Of a stretch of DNA of 64,000 nt, positions 28,820-39,075 are shown piece after piece. Below the pieces are notes generated by a model. That model was not told the origin of the DNA and searched no databases. It saw only the letters and a program-made list of their open reading frames with translations. Position numbers and translations under genes: made by a program. Numbering within the stretch: position 1 is the stretch's first letter; the number at the start of each line of letters is the position of its first letter. Origin of the DNA: Geopsychrobacteraceae bacterium (GTDB taxonomy: Bacteria; Desulfobacterota; Desulfuromonadia; Desulfuromonadales; Geopsychrobacteraceae); NCBI GenBank assembly GCA_963662315.1, contig OY759353.1:3968001-4032000 (forward strand), written 5' to 3'.

Positions 28820-29770
28820 ATGAACAGTGAAATGATCTGGCCGGAAAAGGCAAAAATATGTGAAGTTGGTCTGCGTGATGGTCTGCAGAACGAAAAGAAG
28901 ATTCTCGACGTCGAGCAAAAGCTTGAGATTCTTGATTCAATTGTTGCTTCGGGAATCAAGATCATTGAAATCGGTTCTTTTGTTCATCCCAAGGCGGTAC
29001 CGCAAATGGCGAACACCGGTGAACTGGCCAAGCGCATGAAGCGGGTTGACGGGGTTGAGTACCGAGTACTGGTGCCGAATCTCAAAGGGCTTGAGCGTGC
29101 TCACGATGCCGGATTGACCAAAGCCAAACTGACTGTTAGTGCCAGTGAGACTCATTGTAAGGCCAACTTTAACCAGAGCCCGCTCGAAATGATGGAAGGG
29201 TTTATCCCTTGTGTCGAGTTTGCCGCGAAGAACGGCATTGAAATCTCCGGTGCCATGTCATCGGCCTGGGGGTGTGCCTGGGAAGGAAAACTACCGGTTT
29301 CCCAGATTGAAAAGCTGACCCACCGTTTTATTGAACTGGGGATCACCGAACTGTCCCTGTCTGATGCAACCGGAATGGCAGATCCCCGACAGATCTATGA
29401 AATGGGCGGATATCTGAAGAAGGCCTTTCCGCAAGTGAACTGGGTTTTGCACCTGCACAACACCAGGGGCATGGCTCTGGCATGCGTTATTGCTGCGTTG
29501 CAGATCGGTTTCACGACCTTTGACGGTGCTTTTGCCGGTTTTGGGGGCTGTAATTTTATTCCTGGTGCCGCGGGTAATGTTGCAACGGAAGACATGATTC
29601 ACATGCTGCATGAAATGAAGGTAGACACCGATGTTGATCTGCAAAAAGCTATGGAGACTGGCCGTATGGTTCAGGCAATGATGGAGCATAGCGGTGGCAG
29701 TTACGTTCTTAAGGCCGGGCGTAACTCTGATCTGGTTCAGGCTAAAGCCGCTGTTCAGGATAACAAATAG
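28820..29770 (+). CDS. Hydroxymethylglutaryl-CoA lyase family (DRE-TIM)
   Basis: EVGLRDGLQNE, SFVHPKAVPQMA, HLHNTRG and GGC.F.PGAAGNVATED motifs. Confidence 0.92.
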   Translation: MNSEMIWPEKAKICEVGLRDGLQNEKKILDVEQKLEILDSIVASGIKIIEIGSFVHPKAVPQMANTGELAKRMKRVDGVEYRVLVPNLKGLERAHDAGLTKAKLTVSASETHCKANFNQSPLEMMEGFIPCVEFAAKNGIEISGAMSSAWGCAWEGKLPVSQIEKLTHRFIELGITELSLSDATGMADPRQIYEMGGYLKKAFPQVNWVLHLHNTRGMALACVIAALQIGFTTFDGAFAGFGGCNFIPGAAGNVATEDMIHMLHEMKVDTDVDLQKAMETGRMVQAMMEHSGGSYVLKAGRNSDLVQAKAAVQDNK

Positions 29771-29820
29771 TCTGTTATAAAAAGGAATCTGTCTTGGCGC
29801 TGACAGATTTCGCTACGGTT

Positions 29821-29858
29821 AAAAAGAGACCCTTCCCTGGCGGGGTCTCTTTTTTTTT
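29821..29858 (+). terminator. Rho-independent terminator
   Basis: AAAAAGAGACCC...GGGTCTCTTTTTTTT. Confidence 0.85.
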
Positions 29859-29995
29859 GCTATGAACTACAGGTCATGACGACCAAAATTTGCGGTAAAA
29901 AGAAAGTAATGGTTGAATCGGGGTTAAGGCATTAGGTACATTCGAAGCCTCGGAAATAATGATGACTGACAACGCTATTGGACTGGACATTTTTC

Positions 29996-31015
29996 ATGAA
30001 ATATCGCCTCGCTATTAATGGTTATGGTCGGATCGGGCAGAGTGTTTTAAGAGCCCTGTATACCAATCAACACTTTCACGATTTACGCGTGGTCGCCATT
30101 AATGAGCTTGCTGATCTGGAGACGCTGACCTACCTGACCCAGTACGATACCACTCATGGGCGTTTTCCCACTGCCGTTGAAAATGATGGGCAACGGCTGC
30201 TGGTTGATGGTGATGAAATCGTGACCCTGAATCACCGGGACCCCGCTGGGCTGCCGTGGCAGGAACTTGGCATTGACATGGTCCTCGAATGTAGCGGCAG
30301 CTTTACCGATCGTGCGACTGCCCAGCAACATCTGAATAGCGGGGCAAAAAAGCTGCTCTTTTCGCAACCCGCTGATGATGATATCGATGCGACTATCGTT
30401 TATGGTTTCAACCATGAGCGCCTGCAGGCAAAGGATACGATCGTTTCAAGTGCTTCCTGTACCACCAATTGTGTTGTTCCGGTTCTTGATCTGCTGGATC
30501 GCGAATTTGGCATTATCAGTGGCGTCAGCACCACGATCCATTCGGCCATGAATGATCAGCCGGTGATTGATCGTTATCATCAAAGTGATCTGCGCTTAAC
30601 CCGTAGCGCCATGCATTCGATGATCCCGGTTAAGACCGGCCTGGCGCGTGGTATCGCCAAATTCTTACCTCATCTGGCGGGGAAGATGGAATGCCTGCAT
30701 TTACGGGTTCCGACCATTAATGTTTCGCTGATGGATCTAGCGATTCACGTTGAGAAGAACGTTGATGTCCAAACGATCAATGGCTTGTTTGCTGAGTTCG
30801 CTGAGGGGCCATGGCACGGACTGGTTGGTTACAGTGAACAACCCCATGCTTCGGTTGATTTCAATACCGACTCGCGTTCAGCTGTGGTCGATGGCACCCA
30901 GACGCGGGTCAGCAATCAGAATCTGATCAAGATGATGGTCTGGTTTGATAACGAGTGGAGTTATGCCAACCGGATGCTCGATGTTGCCAAATATTGGTTG
31001 GCTTTAGCTGGTTAG
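29996..31015 (+). CDS. epd: Erythrose-4-phosphate dehydrogenase (GAPDH family)
   Basis: INGYGRIG, ASCTTNC and the Epd-type HSAMNDQPVID.YH..DLR.TR segment. Confidence 0.8.
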   Translation: MKYRLAINGYGRIGQSVLRALYTNQHFHDLRVVAINELADLETLTYLTQYDTTHGRFPTAVENDGQRLLVDGDEIVTLNHRDPAGLPWQELGIDMVLECSGSFTDRATAQQHLNSGAKKLLFSQPADDDIDATIVYGFNHERLQAKDTIVSSASCTTNCVVPVLDLLDREFGIISGVSTTIHSAMNDQPVIDRYHQSDLRLTRSAMHSMIPVKTGLARGIAKFLPHLAGKMECLHLRVPTINVSLMDLAIHVEKNVDVQTINGLFAEFAEGPWHGLVGYSEQPHASVDFNTDSRSAVVDGTQTRVSNQNLIKMMVWFDNEWSYANRMLDVAKYWLALAG

Positions 31016-31021
31016 TCGACC

Positions 31022-31714
31022 TTAGCGAAGTTGTGCCCGTTGGTGCTGCCAGCCGGGTAGATAATGATCCATCAAGTGGTAAAAACGTGAGTTGTGTGAT
31101 GGCTCTAACAGATGAATCAGTTCATGGACCAGTACGTATTCAATGCACGCGTAGGGTTTCTTTATCAGTTCCTGATTTAACCAGATCCGGTGTGCGACCG
31201 TGTTACAGGTTCCCCAGCGGGTTTTCATTTTGCGGATCCGCCATTCGCTGACTTTGACTCCCAGAATAGGTTCCCACTTTTTTAGCAGCGGAGGAACTAT
31301 CTTTTCCAGTTCGTGCCGATACCATTGCTGTAATACTTGTTCACGATACTCGCTGGTACCCTGAGCTTTCAGGTACAGAAACAGGTTATTTCCGGAGATT
31401 GACGGTTGTCGTCTGCGGTATGAATGTTGAAGTTGCAGCCGGTAGGGTGCGCCCAGATAAAAATGTTCTTCCCCTTCCAGATACTCCAACTGTTGAGGTA
31501 CCGGTCTGTTTCGGATGACTTTTTGGCGGTCCCTGATCCAGTCAAGACGCTCAAAGAACAGGGCTTGAACCGCCTTGCTGCTCATGCGGTGAGGAGCGCT
31601 GATCTGTACACGACCATCGGGAGGGAGCAGGCGGATATAGCAGTTCTTGATCTTTTTCCAGGTGATGTCAGCCTGAATACCATCGATTTCCAGGGTCTGC
31701 AGTTTTTTAAACAC
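31022..31714 (-). CDS. YgjP-like M48/SprT metal-dependent hydrolase
   Basis: MKTRWGTC and YVLVHELIHL.E.SH motifs. Confidence 0.9.
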   Translation of the reverse strand: MFKKLQTLEIDGIQADITWKKIKNCYIRLLPPDGRVQISAPHRMSSKAVQALFFERLDWIRDRQKVIRNRPVPQQLEYLEGEEHFYLGAPYRLQLQHSYRRRQPSISGNNLFLYLKAQGTSEYREQVLQQWYRHELEKIVPPLLKKWEPILGVKVSEWRIRKMKTRWGTCNTVAHRIWLNQELIKKPYACIEYVLVHELIHLLEPSHNSRFYHLMDHYLPGWQHQRAQLR

Positions 31715-31825
31715 GTGAGGCTCCCGCTATGGTTTGGAGAATTTTTACCGGGAAGCTTATTACATTGTGGCTGGCAGGTAAAGAGAGGAGGGCCTGTTCC
31801 AGAAACCTGCAACAGACCCGAAGAC

Positions 31826-32602
31826 TTAACGGGAAATAACTGCGGGTTTGTAAAAGTTAACGGCGTTAGCATAGAAAACCTTTTGCGCCAGTTCTGCCCC
31901 AAGAGTATCGATAACCAGCAGGAAGTCATCGTCACTGTAAAGGTGAGATGTCCTGGTACAGGGGAGATCGCTGCCGAACATAAGGCAATCTGGGTTCGCC
32001 GAGGTCAGATCCTTTAACGCCGGGGCAATGGGGAAATCGACCCGACCATAACCGGTGGCTTTAATCATAACCCCTTTTTCTGCAAGTTTGAGCAGATCTG
32101 GGAAGCCTTCTGCAGATAAGCCGAAGTGGGCAATGGAGACACTTGGCAGTTTAAGCAGGCGTTCTTTCAATGAAGCGAGTTCCTTTGAGTCGATGTAGAG
32201 CTCGATATGCCATCCGGCCAGGTCGTAGATCCGTTTGGCAAAGTTTTCCAGGTCATCCAAGCTCTCAGCAACACCGCGTTTCAGGTTGAAGCGTGTTCCG
32301 CAAATCCCGGCAGCATTGAGGGCGAGAATTTCCTCATCGGAAGTATGGTGATCCAGTTGAGTGACGCCAACATAGGTCGGTCCCATTTTCTGCAACGCGG
32401 CAATGAGATAGCTTTGATCGAGCCCTTGAAACGAACCGGAAACAACGGCACCGCCAGCCAGCCGATAGTCTTTCAGACGTTCCTGGTAGGCTGCTATGGG
32501 GAAAAAGTCAGGAACGAAGCCCTGATTTTCAAAAAGGGGAAAATCCGGATCGATAATATGAAAGTGACTGTCAAAAAATTTAAAATCGTTCAGTTTAGTC
32601 AT
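31826..32602 (-). CDS. Amidohydrolase_2 family (LigI-like lactonase)
   Basis: DSHFHI and FGSDLP motifs; start MTKLNDF. Confidence 0.85.
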   Translation of the reverse strand: MTKLNDFKFFDSHFHIIDPDFPLFENQGFVPDFFPIAAYQERLKDYRLAGGAVVSGSFQGLDQSYLIAALQKMGPTYVGVTQLDHHTSDEEILALNAAGICGTRFNLKRGVAESLDDLENFAKRIYDLAGWHIELYIDSKELASLKERLLKLPSVSIAHFGLSAEGFPDLLKLAEKGVMIKATGYGRVDFPIAPALKDLTSANPDCLMFGSDLPCTRTSHLYSDDDFLLVIDTLGAELAQKVFYANAVNFYKPAVISR

Positions 32603-32615
32603 ATGCTTTTTTCTC

Positions 32616-33350
32616 TTAACGAATAACGATGTGGTAGCGGAAGCTGTCCCCTCGACCGAAACTGCGCCGCCATTCAACCGGGATATCTTCATAGGTGTAG
32701 GCGGTTCGTTCGACGCACATAACCGGTGCATTGGGTGCGATATTCAGATGCTGGGCAATTTCAGCGTTGGCTACAGCGGGTTGTAAGTATTCATCGGCCC
32801 AGAAAATGGGAGTTGAGAAATCCTGATTATAGATCGGGTAAAGCAACGCCTTATTCAGATCCATTTTTTCCAGACCGGTAAAGCGCTCATAAGGAAGGAA
32901 TATCTCTTCGAGGGAAAATGGGACCTTCCTCAGGCTTCTTATCCTTTTCATCATGATGATGTCGGTGCCAGGCTTTAACTGCAAATGTTGGGAAATCAGA
33001 CTGTCTGCAGGAATGATGTCAAGCGATAGAAAAGTGCTTTCTGGAATTTCGTCATCCTCTTTATCGGTCATGCCATAACGGAAAAAGCGACTGAAGCTTT
33101 TTGAAAAGTCAGGGCTTGCGACAAATGTGCCGCGACCCTGGCGGCGATACAGGACGCCGTCCTGTACCAGGACCCCCAGGGCTTTCTTTACGGTGCCAAC
33201 GGAAACGTTAAATTCTTTGGCCAGTTCGTTTTCAGAAGAAATCATCATGCCCAGGGTCCACTGGTTGCTGCTGATTTTATGCTTAATGGCCTCAACGACC
33301 TGGGCATAGAGTGGTTTAGCATTACTGAAATCTATACGTCGGACAGTCAT
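32616..33350 (-). CDS. GntR (HutC/UTRA) regulator
   Basis: SENELAKEFNVS.GTV and RRQGRGTFV followed by a UTRA domain. Confidence 0.93.
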   Translation of the reverse strand: MTVRRIDFSNAKPLYAQVVEAIKHKISSNQWTLGMMISSENELAKEFNVSVGTVKKALGVLVQDGVLYRRQGRGTFVASPDFSKSFSRFFRYGMTDKEDDEIPESTFLSLDIIPADSLISQHLQLKPGTDIIMMKRIRSLRKVPFSLEEIFLPYERFTGLEKMDLNKALLYPIYNQDFSTPIFWADEYLQPAVANAEIAQHLNIAPNAPVMCVERTAYTYEDIPVEWRRSFGRGDSFRYHIVIR

Positions 33351-33478
33351 TCGATGTCTCCATGAGGTCGCTATTTTTTAGCCGAAAACGGATCTTTTCC
33401 ATTGTGGCGGTTCCAAATGCCAACTAGCGAGTAGATTAAAACTTGTCATGTGTGCTCGGCTGTAACCGGAGGTTCCGG

Positions 33479-34981
33479 TTAACTCTCAGCCAAAGCTTTT
33501 TTACCTTTGCCAACCATTCGTTTGAGCACCACAGGAAGCAGCAGCACGACAATAGTTGCTATCAGGATCACCAAAGCTATGGGGCGCTGAAAACTTTCGA
33601 CCCCACCAATTTCCAGCGACCAGTAAAGATTGCGTTCGGCCAGCGGGCCAAGCAGCATTGCCAACAGGAATGCGGGTACCGAATAACCGTAACGGTTGAG
33701 TAATGCACCAAGTACGCCGAAAATGATGACCAGGTACAGATCAAAGATCATTTGGCGCCAGGCAAAGGCACCAATCAGACAAAACATGGCGATGATCGGA
33801 ACCAGAAAGCGATTAGGAATTGCGGTGACATTGGTGGCCAACCGTGCGACCAGGACCCCGATGGGCAAGAGCAGAATGTTGGCGATTACCAGTGAGAACA
33901 GAATCGCGTAGGCTTCAGTGGCGTGTTCACTGAAGAAGCTTGGCCCCGGGGTGACACCATTGATCATCAATGCGGCCATGATGATCAGCGTTGTTCCGGA
34001 GCCTGGAATTCCCAACGTTACGGTCGGGATAAGAGCGCCGCCCGGGACACCATTATTACAAGCATCAGCAGCAACCAGTCCTTCATCGTGTCCGGTGCCA
34101 AATTTTTCAGGAGTTTTACTCCACTGCTTTGCTTGGCCATAGCTGACCCAGGTGGCGATCGCTGCACCTGTTCCGGGAATGAGACCGACCAGAATACCGA
34201 TTAATCCGGATCTGATCATGTTCACTTTTTGTTTTAAAGCGCCTTTAAGACCGTCAAATATGGGGCCAAAACCGCTTTTGTGTTTGACTCCTTCAGCGAC
34301 CAGGCTGGTTTCCATGATCAGACTGAACAATTCGCTGAACCCAAAAACTCCCAGCAGAACAGGGATCAGCGGAAAGCCTTCATACAGTTCGAAAAAGCCA
34401 AAGGCTGCACGGGTGTAACCGACCTGAAATTCAGTACCGACACAAGCGACCAGGAGTCCAAACGCGGAAGAAAAAAGACCCTTGAGCAAGGAGCTGCCGG
34501 TCAAGGATCCAACGGCGGTCATACCGAACACGGCCATCATGAATAACTCGGCCGGGCCGAAGTTAAGAGCGTAGACCCCGACAACCGGAGTCAATACCAG
34601 GGCAACCAGGGCCGAAAGAACACCACCCACGGTAGACGCCCCAACCGAGAGACCAAGAGCATAGCCAGCTTCGCCGCGGCGGGTCATCTTAAACCCTTCG
34701 AGGCAGGTTGGCGCGTTAGATGGAGTGCCGGGAATATTTAAAAGAATGGCGGGAATGGAGCCCGCAGCCTGAGAAGCACAGAAACACGCCATCATGAACA
34801 CGACGGCATTCATCGGTCCCATATAGACGGTAACTGGTAGCATCATGGCCAGAAAGTTGGTGTCGTTGAAGCCGGGGATAGCACCAATGACAAGTCCGAC
34901 AAACATCCCCAGTGGCAGCCAGATGAGATGGCTGGGTTGAAGCAACAGGCCAATGCCTGAGAAAATCATGTCCATATCCAT
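33479..34981 (-). CDS. tctA: Tripartite tricarboxylate transporter large permease
   Basis: AILLNIPGTP and P.VTLGIPGS signatures; ~500-aa hydrophobic protein. Confidence 0.93.
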   Translation of the reverse strand: MDMDMIFSGIGLLLQPSHLIWLPLGMFVGLVIGAIPGFNDTNFLAMMLPVTVYMGPMNAVVFMMACFCASQAAGSIPAILLNIPGTPSNAPTCLEGFKMTRRGEAGYALGLSVGASTVGGVLSALVALVLTPVVGVYALNFGPAELFMMAVFGMTAVGSLTGSSLLKGLFSSAFGLLVACVGTEFQVGYTRAAFGFFELYEGFPLIPVLLGVFGFSELFSLIMETSLVAEGVKHKSGFGPIFDGLKGALKQKVNMIRSGLIGILVGLIPGTGAAIATWVSYGQAKQWSKTPEKFGTGHDEGLVAADACNNGVPGGALIPTVTLGIPGSGTTLIIMAALMINGVTPGPSFFSEHATEAYAILFSLVIANILLLPIGVLVARLATNVTAIPNRFLVPIIAMFCLIGAFAWRQMIFDLYLVIIFGVLGALLNRYGYSVPAFLLAMLLGPLAERNLYWSLEIGGVESFQRPIALVILIATIVVLLLPVVLKRMVGKGKKALAES

Positions 34982-34990
34982 AGTTTTATC

Positions 34991-35455
34991 CTAAAGAACA
35001 AAAAATCCGAGATTAAGCCGTGGCAAATCCATGTCCATGAGGCTGACCATAACAAAGTAAAGGCCACCGGCAAGGATCAGGGAGATCAAAATGTTTTTTC
35101 CCCACGCTTTACTACCCAGAATGCGAAACATCAGGTTAAGAAACAAGACACTGCTTAAGGCAAAACCGATGTAGGGCATCGCGATGGTATAGAGAAGCGG
35201 CCCGACCAGTATTAACAGTGATTTTTGGGGGATATAGAAGGAACTTTTGCCCGTGGTGTTTTCTGGAACTGTGAACAGGAATTTTGCAAGGATAGCAACC
35301 AGGAATAACAGGCTGACGATGGCGATAACCATTGGCCAACGCATGACTTCTGCGGGACCGTCACTGGTTTGCATGAAATAGGCGACAGCAAACACCAGGG
35401 CGATACCGGGGATAAGCGCTTCTTCAAGTTTAAGCTGTTTTTTCGTTGTACTCAT
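34991..35455 (-). CDS. tctB: Tripartite tricarboxylate transporter small permease
   Basis: About four TM segments; lies between tctC and tctA. Confidence 0.85.
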   Translation of the reverse strand: MSTTKKQLKLEEALIPGIALVFAVAYFMQTSDGPAEVMRWPMVIAIVSLLFLVAILAKFLFTVPENTTGKSSFYIPQKSLLILVGPLLYTIAMPYIGFALSSVLFLNLMFRILGSKAWGKNILISLILAGGLYFVMVSLMDMDLPRLNLGFFVL

Positions 35456-35514
35456 ATGTCGGACTCCAGAACCCTGCTTCGGGACATTCGCATCCTGAAG
35501 CAGGGGGTTGCTCG

Positions 35515-36477
35515 TTATTGGATGAGGTGCTTGTATTTGTTCCAGACGCTCTGGAAGTCTGCAACATAGGCGTCACATTCTTCCGGTGACCAATAGTCGA
35601 TGAAAGGAGTCATTCCTTGCGTTTTGGCAATTTCAGCAGTTTTCGGGTTGGTGATTGCTTCTTTAAACGTTGCAACCAGTTTTTTGTAGTCTTCAGGATT
35701 TTCTTTTATCGTAGACCGTTTAACCATGAAGGCGAATGGTTCAACCAGATTTGGGAACTCCTTGCCGGTTGCTTCCGTCAAGGTTGGGATATCCCATACT
35801 CCGGAATAAACTTTTTTCTTGGTGAATGATGCGAGAGCCTTGATGAATTCTTTTTTTGATGATGCTGAGAAATACGGTCCGATGCAGGCATCCACCTGTT
35901 TGCCGGCCAGAGCATTACGTGCGGCAGAACCACCGTTTAAGGCAACTACTTTGGCATTGATCCCGGTCAATTCGATCAGTATTTTAGCTGCAAGAGTTGA
36001 TACGGCTTTAGGGTGAGAGGTGGAGATAGTCAGTGGTTTTTCAGCTTTTTTACCTGCGGCGATGAAATCCTCAATGGTTTTGTAAGGGGAATCAACATTG
36101 ACCAGTAGAACGTTAGGGTCTGTAATTAGGTTGCCAATGAAACCAATATCGTCCCAGGTCTGTTTTGCTGTACCGGTATTGATGTTCATGGCATGCATAG
36201 AGATGGTGGTCATAATGGTTGTATAACCATCGCCTGGTTTGCTCATCAGCTTGCCAAAACCAATATTGCCGGATGCTCCTGGCAGGTATTCAAATTTAAT
36301 TGGCTGGCCAAGAATTTGTTCCCAACCGGTTGCTAAGGCGCGGGAGGAAAGGTCAAAACCCCCACCGGCTTTTGCGGGAATGATGTGCGTCAGTGGTTTG
36401 GAGGGAAAATCCGCCGCACCACATACGCTGGTAATGAGAAATACTGACAGGGTTAACAATAATAGGACTCTCTTCAT
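35515..36477 (-). CDS. tctC: Tripartite tricarboxylate transporter binding protein
   Basis: Signal peptide, FPSKP...AGGGFD..SR, PGASG and PGDGYT motifs. Confidence 0.92.
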   Translation of the reverse strand: MKRVLLLLTLSVFLITSVCGAADFPSKPLTHIIPAKAGGGFDLSSRALATGWEQILGQPIKFEYLPGASGNIGFGKLMSKPGDGYTTIMTTISMHAMNINTGTAKQTWDDIGFIGNLITDPNVLLVNVDSPYKTIEDFIAAGKKAEKPLTISTSHPKAVSTLAAKILIELTGINAKVVALNGGSAARNALAGKQVDACIGPYFSASSKKEFIKALASFTKKKVYSGVWDIPTLTEATGKEFPNLVEPFAFMVKRSTIKENPEDYKKLVATFKEAITNPKTAEIAKTQGMTPFIDYWSPEECDAYVADFQSVWNKYKHLIQ

Positions 36478-36607
36478 GTTACCGCCTCCACTTTTCACGT
36501 GTTAAAGGGTGTTGTGGTTAAATCCCGCTACCGTTTTCAAGACCAGTGGCGGGAGAATATAAAGCGCTAAACGTAAGCGTTGCTTATGATTATAAGAGCG
36601 TTCAAAT

Positions 36608-36661
36608 TTACTTATATAACTTGTATATATAAGTAATATTTTTAAAACAGCTTTTTGTCAA
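36608..36661 (-). promoter_or_regulatory. HutC-type operator and -35 box upstream of tctC
   Basis: Near-palindrome ACTTGTATATATAAGT at 36619-36634; TTGACA on the minus strand at 36656-36661. Confidence 0.6.
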
Positions 36662-36980
36662 TAGAAATTTTGGCATCGCAGCTTAGGCTTGGTTTGTTAT
36701 TAAGTTTTCAGGACCTTTTTCGAAGTTTTGTTTGGATGCAGCATTGCTGCCTCACGCTGTTTATCGGGGGGTGGCTCACGTACTTGGCCTGCAGGCTAGT
36801 GATTGTTTAAAAAATAACAATAATAAATCTTTAAACATATTGAACAGTATGAATAGATGAACCTTAATCATTTATAAATTGTGGTTTTGCGCTTTCTAAG
36901 CTCTTATCGGCGTCGCCAAAAAAAAGCAGACGAGATGGATATGTCCCGTCTGCTTTCCATGTTAAGAAGTGACCTGAGGG

Positions 36981-37352
36981 TTACTCTTCAAAACGGATAT
37001 TGGTTTCTCCAACCCAGCCGGGCAAGTGGTCTTTGCGACCCGGCGCAAAAATTTCATAGTATTCGGCGCCTTCTTCACCAACGGCAATAACACCATGAAG
37101 TGACCCTGGTGGGAAGAAGACCATGTCTCCGGCTTCACAAATGCGTTCCTGTCCTTCGGTTGTGACCGTAATTGAGCCTTGGATGACAATGATGAACTGC
37201 TCGTTTTCATGCCAGTGCGTTTGGTGCATTATTTCAGAACCTGCTGCGGTTTTAACACGCACAGCTGACATTTTTTCACCACAAATGGCTTTACGGGAGC
37301 AGCCTTCTCTCAGGCCCAGGGCGTCAGGTAATTTACTCCAGTCGATTTTCAT
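36981..37352 (-). CDS. Cupin domain protein
   Basis: HWHENEQ...GDMVFFPPGSLHG. Confidence 0.9.
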   Translation of the reverse strand: MKIDWSKLPDALGLREGCSRKAICGEKMSAVRVKTAAGSEIMHQTHWHENEQFIIVIQGSITVTTEGQERICEAGDMVFFPPGSLHGVIAVGEEGAEYYEIFAPGRKDHLPGWVGETNIRFEE

Positions 37353-37540
37353 GTTTGGTCCTCTCTCCAGAGTGTGGGGGAAATAAAGGGGTTCTAAAGA
37401 TGTTGATTGGTGGTACGAACGTACTCATATGAAATAACATCTATGATTGTTTTTACCATGAAACTTCCATCAATTGCCAGTGCTTAGGAAAAATAAAATA
37501 GGGTGTCAGGCGCGTACTCAGAGGCCTGGGCAGGTCTCTG

Positions 37541-38368
37541 TTACCGGGAAGGTCTTTTCTGCAGAATCAAGATGATTTTTCTATTGTTGAACAGCGTACG
37601 GGTATAACTATGGAGGGTGGAGATAACGTCTAACTCAAGGCGGGCGGCAAGGTTTATTAGTTGCGTGGTTGTGAAAATCTGCTTATGTCCAAAAGGGATG
37701 GCGGCATAAAAATGTTCGAGGAACAGGGGGCAGCGGCCTTTACTGAGGCTGTAACAGGTTTCGCTGATACGATAAGGGAATACCTGACGATTGGGGGTAT
37801 CGAGGGCAATGATTCCCCCAGGCTTAAGGAGTCTGGTGGCATAGTATAGGGTTTTCAGGGGATCGTTTACATGTTCAATAACGTCCCATAAGGTGATGGC
37901 ATTAAAGTGTTCGAGATATGCCGATTGCCACAATGGATTATCGATGTGCTGGCTGAACAGTTTGAGGCCAAAGTTCTCTAGTGCATACTGGCGACGTAGA
38001 GATGAGGGTTCTATGCCATACGTTTTGCAACTGGTCTGACGCTCAACTAACTGTTGGAATTGGCCAATTCCGGCTCCAAGGTCAAGGAGTTGTGCCTGGT
38101 TCAGGGAGATGTGCTTTACCAGGAGTGCCAAACGAGCGCTATGAAGGGCGCTGCCTTCAGCCTGGCGCTGATCAATATATTGACGTGCTACGGTGCTAAG
38201 GCTATGCTCTGACTCCTGCTCTGGCGGGTCAGGATCAAGGTAATCAATAAAGTGCAGGTCGCAACGAGGGCAGCAGTAGAGTGTCGTCTGGTGCAGACGA
38301 TAGACAGCTGTGGCGTTTTGATCGGAGCAGAGCTTGCATGGTCGTTCAGCGTAAGGTAGTACGGTCAT
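37541..38368 (-). CDS. Class I SAM-dependent methyltransferase with N-terminal Cys cluster
   Basis: CKLC..CPRC, LLDLGAGIG and WDVIEHV motifs. Confidence 0.88.
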   Translation of the reverse strand: MTVLPYAERPCKLCSDQNATAVYRLHQTTLYCCPRCDLHFIDYLDPDPPEQESEHSLSTVARQYIDQRQAEGSALHSARLALLVKHISLNQAQLLDLGAGIGQFQQLVERQTSCKTYGIEPSSLRRQYALENFGLKLFSQHIDNPLWQSAYLEHFNAITLWDVIEHVNDPLKTLYYATRLLKPGGIIALDTPNRQVFPYRISETCYSLSKGRCPLFLEHFYAAIPFGHKQIFTTTQLINLAARLELDVISTLHSYTRTLFNNRKIILILQKRPSR

Positions 38369-38424
38369 GGAGACTCATTTCCTCTTGAGATATTTCAAAA
38401 TAACGTCTTTCTTTCTCTTTTGCA

Positions 38425-39075
38425 ATGACTGAGCTGGAGGCTGAGATTGTGATATTGGGGTTGACCGGACATATCGCCAGCGGCAAGAGTACCGTTTCAA
38501 GGTTTTTAGCCAGCCAGGGCGCCATCGTTATTGATGCTGACCGGCTGGCACGTGAGGTGGTTAGGCCGGGTAGCCCACTATTGTCTGTTCTGGTGGAACG
38601 CTTTGGGGCAAAAATATTGACCGCCGAAGGTTGTCTTGACCGTGCCGCCCTGGGGGATATCGTCTTTTCTGATGCCGCTGCCTTGCAGGCTCTTAATGGA
38701 ATTATGCATCCGACGATCAGGTTGCTGGCTAAGCAGAAACTTGAAGAGGCCCGGCGGATGTCAGGCGTGCCATTGATCGTTTATGATGCGGCACTGCTAT
38801 TTGAGGTTGAAGCGGACGCTTTGGTTGATAAAGTGCTGCTGGTTGTGGTTGATCGAGACGTTCAGGTCCAGCGGCTGATGGCACGTAATGAGTTCGGTAG
38901 AATTGAGGCGTTGCAACGGATTAATGCCCAACAGGGGCTGGAAGAAAAGCTTAAAAAAGCAGATTATGTAATTGATAATTCCGGCACAGTGCAAGAACTT
39001 GAAGTTAAACTTCTCAATCTGTGGGCACAACTGGTTGACTCAACTCCTCAGATAAAAATTCCAGACAACGCCTAA
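38425..39075 (+). CDS. coaE: Dephospho-CoA kinase
   Basis: GLTGHIASGKSTV, IDAD, LDRAALG.IVF and IDNSG motifs. Confidence 0.95.
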   Translation: MTELEAEIVILGLTGHIASGKSTVSRFLASQGAIVIDADRLAREVVRPGSPLLSVLVERFGAKILTAEGCLDRAALGDIVFSDAAALQALNGIMHPTIRLLAKQKLEEARRMSGVPLIVYDAALLFEVEADALVDKVLLVVVDRDVQVQRLMARNEFGRIEALQRINAQQGLEEKLKKADYVIDNSGTVQELEVKLLNLWAQLVDSTPQIKIPDNA

